The notes below the pieces were generated by a model that was not told the origin of the DNA, searched no databases, and saw nothing but the letters and a program-made list of their open reading frames with translations. From NCBI GenBank assembly GCA_900088475.1, contig FLMG01000369.1, positions 31,020 to 95,019 on the forward strand: DNA of 64,000 bases, read 5' to 3'. The DNA comes from Hyphochytrium catenoides. Its lineage: Eukaryota; Protista; Hyphochytriomycota. This document shows positions 58,390 through 64,000 of the stretch, one piece after another. Numbering within the stretch: the stretch's first letter is position 1; every line of letters starts with the position of its first letter. Both the position numbers and the translations under genes were made by a program.

Positions 58390-61300
58390 TAGCGGAAAGA
58401 CCAGCAGAAGGAGAGGGAGAGGAGGACATATAGATGTGCACAGATCCCTATGAACTTGGCTTCACCCCATATCTCGACGGGGAAAGGTGCTGGGGCCTTC
58501 TTGTCGTCTTCCCCTTGTCGTCTATTATCCTTTCTCCTCATCCTAGGCGGAGGGAGTCCAGTGAGGGCCGGCAGCAGCAGAGCGGCACTGCTCTTCGTAG
58601 AAGACAGGTGGTGCAAAAGCTATCATCATCCGAGGAGGCGGTAACGTTAGAAACGGTTTTCCTGCGTGTGAAGGTTGTTTCTTGACCCAGAAGTTCCAAA
58701 GTAGGGGGGAGAAGCTGGGGGGAGGGGCACGGTATGACGATGTCCGTCCTTCTTATTCTGTCCTTCTTCCTACTACGAGCCGCGGCTTGCCCCCACTGTT
58801 ACAACTCACAGCGTTTGCACAGGAAACGAAAATTGGCATTGAACGTCTTTCTCCCATCTGAAATCGACATAATCCACCAGGAGTGTACACTGCAAACGTC
58901 CTGCTCATAGTAGTAGAGGCCACCATAGCGCCCCTTCCCATCGTGGACACACAAGCACTCCGGAGCTCTTCTGTTGCTCGATACGCCGTAGTATTGTCCA
59001 GGAATGAGGGGAAACGGGGGAGCCCACCAGCGTTCTGTGCTCTTCGACCAAAATTGGACTAGTGCGCCTCTCCCCTTTGCCCCTTCCGCGCTGTGCCACC
59101 AGAAGTGTGTGATTTTCTGTGCGTTCCGTTTCTCTGCAAAACAATCATCGTTGCTATCCCGAACCTTCTTCGCACTCGCTCGTGCCCTTGCAAAGTTACC
59201 TGCCATTGGTGCCGTGCGTCCCACCGCGAGAAGAGGTAATCTGCTATTTCGTTGGTCGTCCCGGGCAGGTGCTCTATCTCCTGTGGCCCTGTCAGCCCTC
59301 TCTTTTTGCATAGCCCGAGCATGAAGTACAGCTCCCGCTGCATCTTCCTTGTTGAAGCACTCGCTCGCTTCTTGAAGGCCCATATCGTCGAGCTCGAATC
59401 GGTCTGGAACTTCCGCGCTTCCCCTGTTAAGAGGTCCCCTGCTGCCCGTCCTGCCCTTCTCACTGCTGCTCTCGTCTCCAGGACCGCTATAGGTAGACCC
59501 AGCTCCTGCTTGCTCCACTCTCCTCGAATCGCTCTCAATATTTTTTCTCTGTTCCTTCTCGCCTTGTTAGGACTGCTCCCCAGCCGCCCTCTTCTTCCTT
59601 TGATGCGTCGGTTGTCAGCACGTGCCGCACCTCTCTCGGCCACAATTCTGTATCGGGCAGCTCCTTTAGTTTGATGACCATCGTGCGAACCATCTTTTCC
59701 AACCTGCCGCTGAGCCGTACGCTGCCTTCCCAATCCATTCTTTGACCTCTAAGGCGTTGTAGAATGGGCGTAGTAAGGTGGCGCTTGATAGCTTTGCCTG
59801 TCGTAGGCTGCAGATCACTCCGATCACGACCCTGGATTGCGCTTCTTTACCCATCGCCGTGTTTTCTCGTCTTAAATCTTTCCTCATTCTCTCTAGCTTT
59901 TCCCACGTCTTTTCCTGTACCTCCACTCTTCCTTCCTTCAAGTCTATTGTGAACCTCAGGAGATGTAGGCGATGGCTTGGCTCCCACTGCCCCTTGTCTG
60001 GATGACGCCCCAGCCCCAGCCTGTGCATAAGTCTGTCCACATACGCCCGGCCCCTTAGTATCCTTGTCTCATCTGCTACCAGTGGCCAATCGTCCACGTA
60101 GTTGAAGACGTGATGGCCCTTTCGTCGCACGTGCCTCGACACTACTTTCATGCACTTGCAGAACATCTTCTCCGGGGGGCTCCGATGCCAACCGAAAGGT
60201 AGGACTTGATACTGGTAGAGTTGCCCCATCACCCTTATCTGGAACTACTTTTGGTCGTCCGGATGAGTCGCTAGCATATGGTAACCGTCTCGCAAGTCCC
60301 ATGTCACTCCGACCATCCCCTTGTCGCGCCATAACCCCCAAGTCTCGAATTCTCTCGTACCGCACACTCTTCGACTGCACGTGTTTGTTCAACGGTTGTA
60401 GGTTGGCTATCAACCGAACTTCCCCCGGTTTGTTCTTGTGAATGAAGAAACACGGGCTCACAAATCCCTCGCTCTCGTCTATTCTCCTCCGCACTCCCAT
60501 TGCCACTTCTTTCTCCAACTCGCTCCGACACTGCTCCTTGGTTATCCCGTTGGCGCGAAGCCAGTAACCATAATCGAACCTTTCCGGCGCCCCAGCCGCC
60601 CATGGGTTTCTTACTCCCTTCCTTATCCAACTTACCACTAGCCCGCTCCTATATCTCGCCACTTTGCCCTTACTCTCTGATATAGTGGCGTACACTGGGA
60701 AGACTTGCTATTTATTGACGCTTGTTCTGTCCCAGTGCCCATCAGAGAGGTCGTCTCACGAAACAACTTTCGGTCCGCGCCAGGGCCCGAGGACTTGTTG
60801 CTGCCTCGGCCTCCAGCGCTTTCTGTCTGTCGTTGCTCACCGACTCGTCCGCGTCCGCCGCGTCCGTACTAAAGAAAGTAAATTTAGCTGAGCGCTAGGA
60901 AGAGGAGTCTCTGACAAAATTTATAAGCTGTAATTGATGGAGCTGGTTGTTGGTGCTTTTGCTTTGTTTGGTAAGTTGAGAAGTGATATGCATTATTGAA
61001 GTGCTTCTTGAGCTCATGGTGCTAATTTGAAGCTTTTAATATGAAGAACTATGAGTTATCGCTAAAGTCTCCTACGGATGCTGTGTTGTTAGAGTTAAGA
61101 AGTCACCTTTCTAATGCTATGTGGCGAGCTGCAAGATGCAACCTCAATCTTGCCTTTGATGGCTGCGCTTTTGGCGCTTAACCGGTAGGAGTTAAGAAAT
61201 AAAGTCATAGAGTTTGGACTAAGTGCGGATGGGCAAAGGAAGTAGTAAGCTAAAAATGGAGAGAGGATAAATTTAGCAGAGATGAAGTAGGGCTGAGATA

Positions 61301-62200
61301 GAGCCTCAAAAGATCCTGAGATTGTGATGTAGAAGTTGAAGAAGAAGGAAAGATTTGTGTGTCCGTTGGAAACCTAGCTGTTTGCCGCTCGCGTTGTAAC
61401 GGATGAAGCCAATGTTCAGCACAGTTGAAATCTCACTTTTCCTGTGCTGATGTCGTCGTCATGGATAAAGTTCTAAGGCAGAGTCTGGTGAGAAAGCCAG
61501 AAATAGATTCAGACAAGAGCCAAGAAGGGTCAGCAGCGTGGACTGCACGAGCCAACTTTCAACTCGTACCTACCTCCTCTCCACAAATATCGACCTCCAC
61601 CTCGGCCACCATACCGTTGCCATTCACACTCCTCCAACTCTGTGTTCTTACGGTGGGCGTTGATCTCTGCCGCTCGCACACAGAGTCGCGCTCATCTAAG
61701 CGAGCTCGCGCCACCTCAGAGACTGCCAAGCTGGCGGTTCGCATCCCGTGCTCTGCCTTTAGACATTGAAAGCGCCAACCACCGGTCCATCACTAAACCC
61801 ATGATCTGCGACCCTGCAGCCTTCAGATGGGCCCTGCCATCAAAGTCCGGATCGTCTGCTTATTTGCACGCTGATGTGCACAGCGTTGACCCAGCCGTGT
61901 AGTAGGTGTGTAAGAGAATACACTCCTCACGCACAGGTGTTGTCACAGCTTCCATCCAGCTTAGATGGCCTTGCTCCCTTAGCTTCATAGCTCTGTTTAT
62001 GGCTAGTTCTGAAAGTGCTGTATCGAACTCCCTCAAACTTTGTTGACCATTGACAAAACTGCATTAGTGACATAGGAGTTACATCCATTGGTGGTTCCCA
62101 CAAGTAGCTGGCCAGTTCGTCCCTTCCTCCCTGGGTAGGGAGGTTATGCACCCGCCTATCTCATCTTCGTCGCCTGCATGCGTCCAGATATTTTGCCTGC
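58390..62200 (-). mobile_element. Degenerate DIRS-type (tyrosine-recombinase) retrotransposon: gag-like, RT, RNase H, adenine-methyltransferase-like domain, YR remnant; boundaries approximate
   Basis: RT: FVSPCFFIHK..RLIANLQPLNKHV, YQYQVLPFGW, YVDDW. RNase H: LTTDASK..GWGA, HLPGTTNEIADYLFSR. MT: DCFAEKRNAQ..PPFPLI..VCPRWEGALWWPLL. Possible YR: KKAPAPFP..LLSLSFCWSFR. Many frameshifts. Confidence 0.85.
60870..61564 (-). mobile_element. ~0.7-kb insertion nested in the DIRS gag region, probably a Penelope-like retroelement fragment
   Basis: Flanked by CGTAC duplicates (60865-60869 and 61565-61569); more AT-rich than the flanks. The - strand encodes (with a 1-nt indel) LINLSETPLPSAQLNLLSL, like the Penelope N-terminal NLS..L...E..LLS.GL motif. 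Confidence 0.6.
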
Positions 62201-64000
62201 TTCTTCCAGACTAGAGCCTCCAGCTCTTCTTCCTTTTGTTCTTGTTGCATCTTTCGTTCTCCTTGTTCACTCTGTGTCGACCCGCGACTCTGTCGTTGCT
62301 GGCACCTGCCAACTCCTTTCGGATCTCAACCAATCGCGCTACGCCATAAGGTTGGAGCTTTACACCTTTCTCTCGCTGCGAAGTAGTCTGCGCGAGAGAG
62401 GGAAAAAAGAGCGGAAGAGGGAGTGAAGACGAGCTTCCCTCTCTCTCGCCAGTGACCGCGCTCCCGGTTGCTTCTGCTTTATTTGGCCTCTTCCCTCGAT
62501 CAGTCTCACTCCCTATCTTTTCTACTACTCTCTCTCGCGATACTCCGGGCTGCTCATCTTCTCACGTCTGCGTTTTCCACCTCCCCCTTTCTATCTTCCA
62601 AGTCCTCCCTCATTATCTCTCTGCCTTTTCTTCTCCTTGTTAATTTTCTCNNNNNNNNNNNNNNNNNNNNNNNNNNNNNNNNNNNNNNNNNNNNNNNNNN
62701 NNNNNNNNNNNNNNNNNNNNNNNNAAGTGTATGGCTAACCGATTTCTAAGGAGCAGCTTTCCTTCCCCTTTTGGCCCGAGCGTCAACTTTTAACTAATTC
62801 CAGCGCTTCTCTATCACCTCATTGCTTCTCTTTGTTCTATAGGCTTTCTCTTCCATAGAACTCTTTTCTCTCTCATGTCTCGTGTATACGTTTCTATAAC
62901 TAATAGATATTCTTCAGTCCCTGTTATTGCTAAATGTTCTTGTCTCTCTCTTTGTCTCTTCGATCAATCCTCATTGTTGACAGTCATCATGTTCTTCTGA
63001 TCATTAGCGATATTCTGATGATGATTTAGGTGAGGTGCCGGGCAGAATTCTGTACAACGGGGGTTACAGAGAAAAAAAAAGAGACCTAGGAAGGGGTCGA
63101 AAATGCTGCTACTACGTGTAGGAGCACTTCGCAAGCAGAAGAGCAGAGGGGCATGGGAGGACACTTGGAACACAAGGCCACAAGCTTCTTTTGCTAACGC
63201 CTTTGGTAGAAACCCACCTCAAACCTGTTGTCTCCTTCTTCTTCATGCTTGACTTCAATCTCGTCAGAGGGAACAATTAAATAGACGGAACGGAGCTATA
63301 CGGCTTGGCATGAGGATAAGGACAGTACAAGTGAATGGATTAAACTGTAGATGAGGGAGAATCTAGAGACCAACTGGTGCTGCGAAATTTGTACCGGTTA
63401 GCATGCGATGAAGCGCAGTAAGGAGCACAAATATGTGATGTTTAGATCAACGAACAACCAGTATTTTATCCGCCGATAGATCCGAAATAGCTGCTCCTCC
63501 CGTGCCACCAGTTGGCAGCGTGTGTCGAACGCCTTCATGATTCAACTAGACTACTAATCGATCGTATAATAGAAGATGCTCCGTCAATAGCTCCGTGTGT
63601 TTGCGGCAGAGCCATCACATCCTGTGACCGACTTTCTAGCCTCAGAGGCTGCTGAGAAGTTAAGGGAGATTGAAAATAATCAGAGTAGATAGACCTCATT
63701 AGGTAGTAAGGTGAGGGACAGAAGAATTGAGGATCAGAGCCAGTTCTGCCAGAAAAAGGAGCCCCCGAGACTTGCTGTAAGCTGATATGAGGGAGGCGGA
63801 AAGAAACCTGTCCTGTCGATGAAGTTGTCGGGCCAAGGGAGGGCAGATCGAGACCCTAACAAGAGAGAAGTCAGAATCTCTTCCCTTTTAACAAAGACAA
63901 AGTCCAGGGGAGTGTTTTGTTTTCTCCTCAACAAGAGAAGATCTCGTCATCTCCTCTTTCTCGGGAGGATGAGGCACCTCTTGCTCTTCCGACAATCTCA

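Noticed and set aside
60990-61035. Ankyrin-like IEVLLE..HGANL on the + strand
   Set aside because: Needs a frameshift, is a single partial unit, and is better explained as antisense of the nested retroelement fragment.

Overview
Eukaryotic (microbial protist- or alga-like) nuclear scaffold with GT-AG introns, many (CT)n/(GA)n microsatellites and four N-gaps (3435-3458, 27977-28030, 35883-35898, 62651-62724). The species cannot be determined from the sequence. The left half (about 3.7-28.8 kb) is a cluster of intronless, orphan-looking, predicted secreted proteins. Five co-oriented + strand genes (one frameshifted) share a basic leader, a hydrophobic core and an S/N-x-E/Q-A/V cleavage motif, and carry 1-3 copies of a ~107-110-aa helical repeat (W-x13-Y...LPS). 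Two - strand paralogues encode signal peptide + coiled coil + C-terminal TM proteins. An F-box/TMEM185-type multipass membrane gene lies between the two groups. The right half holds a Pro-rich type I membrane protein, a LanC-like gene (2 exons), a dual hybrid histidine kinase (PAS-HK-REC-HK-REC, 2 exons), a bacterial-like SAM methyltransferase, an atypical nitrate-reductase-family gene (Moco-b5-FAD/NAD), and an 8-exon SLC18B1-like MFS transporter. At the right end is a decayed DIRS-type retrotransposon (gag-RT-RNase H-methyltransferase-YR remnant) split by a ~0.7-kb Penelope-like insertion with a 5-bp target-site duplication. The best candidate for an undescribed system is the secreted helical-repeat gene array.
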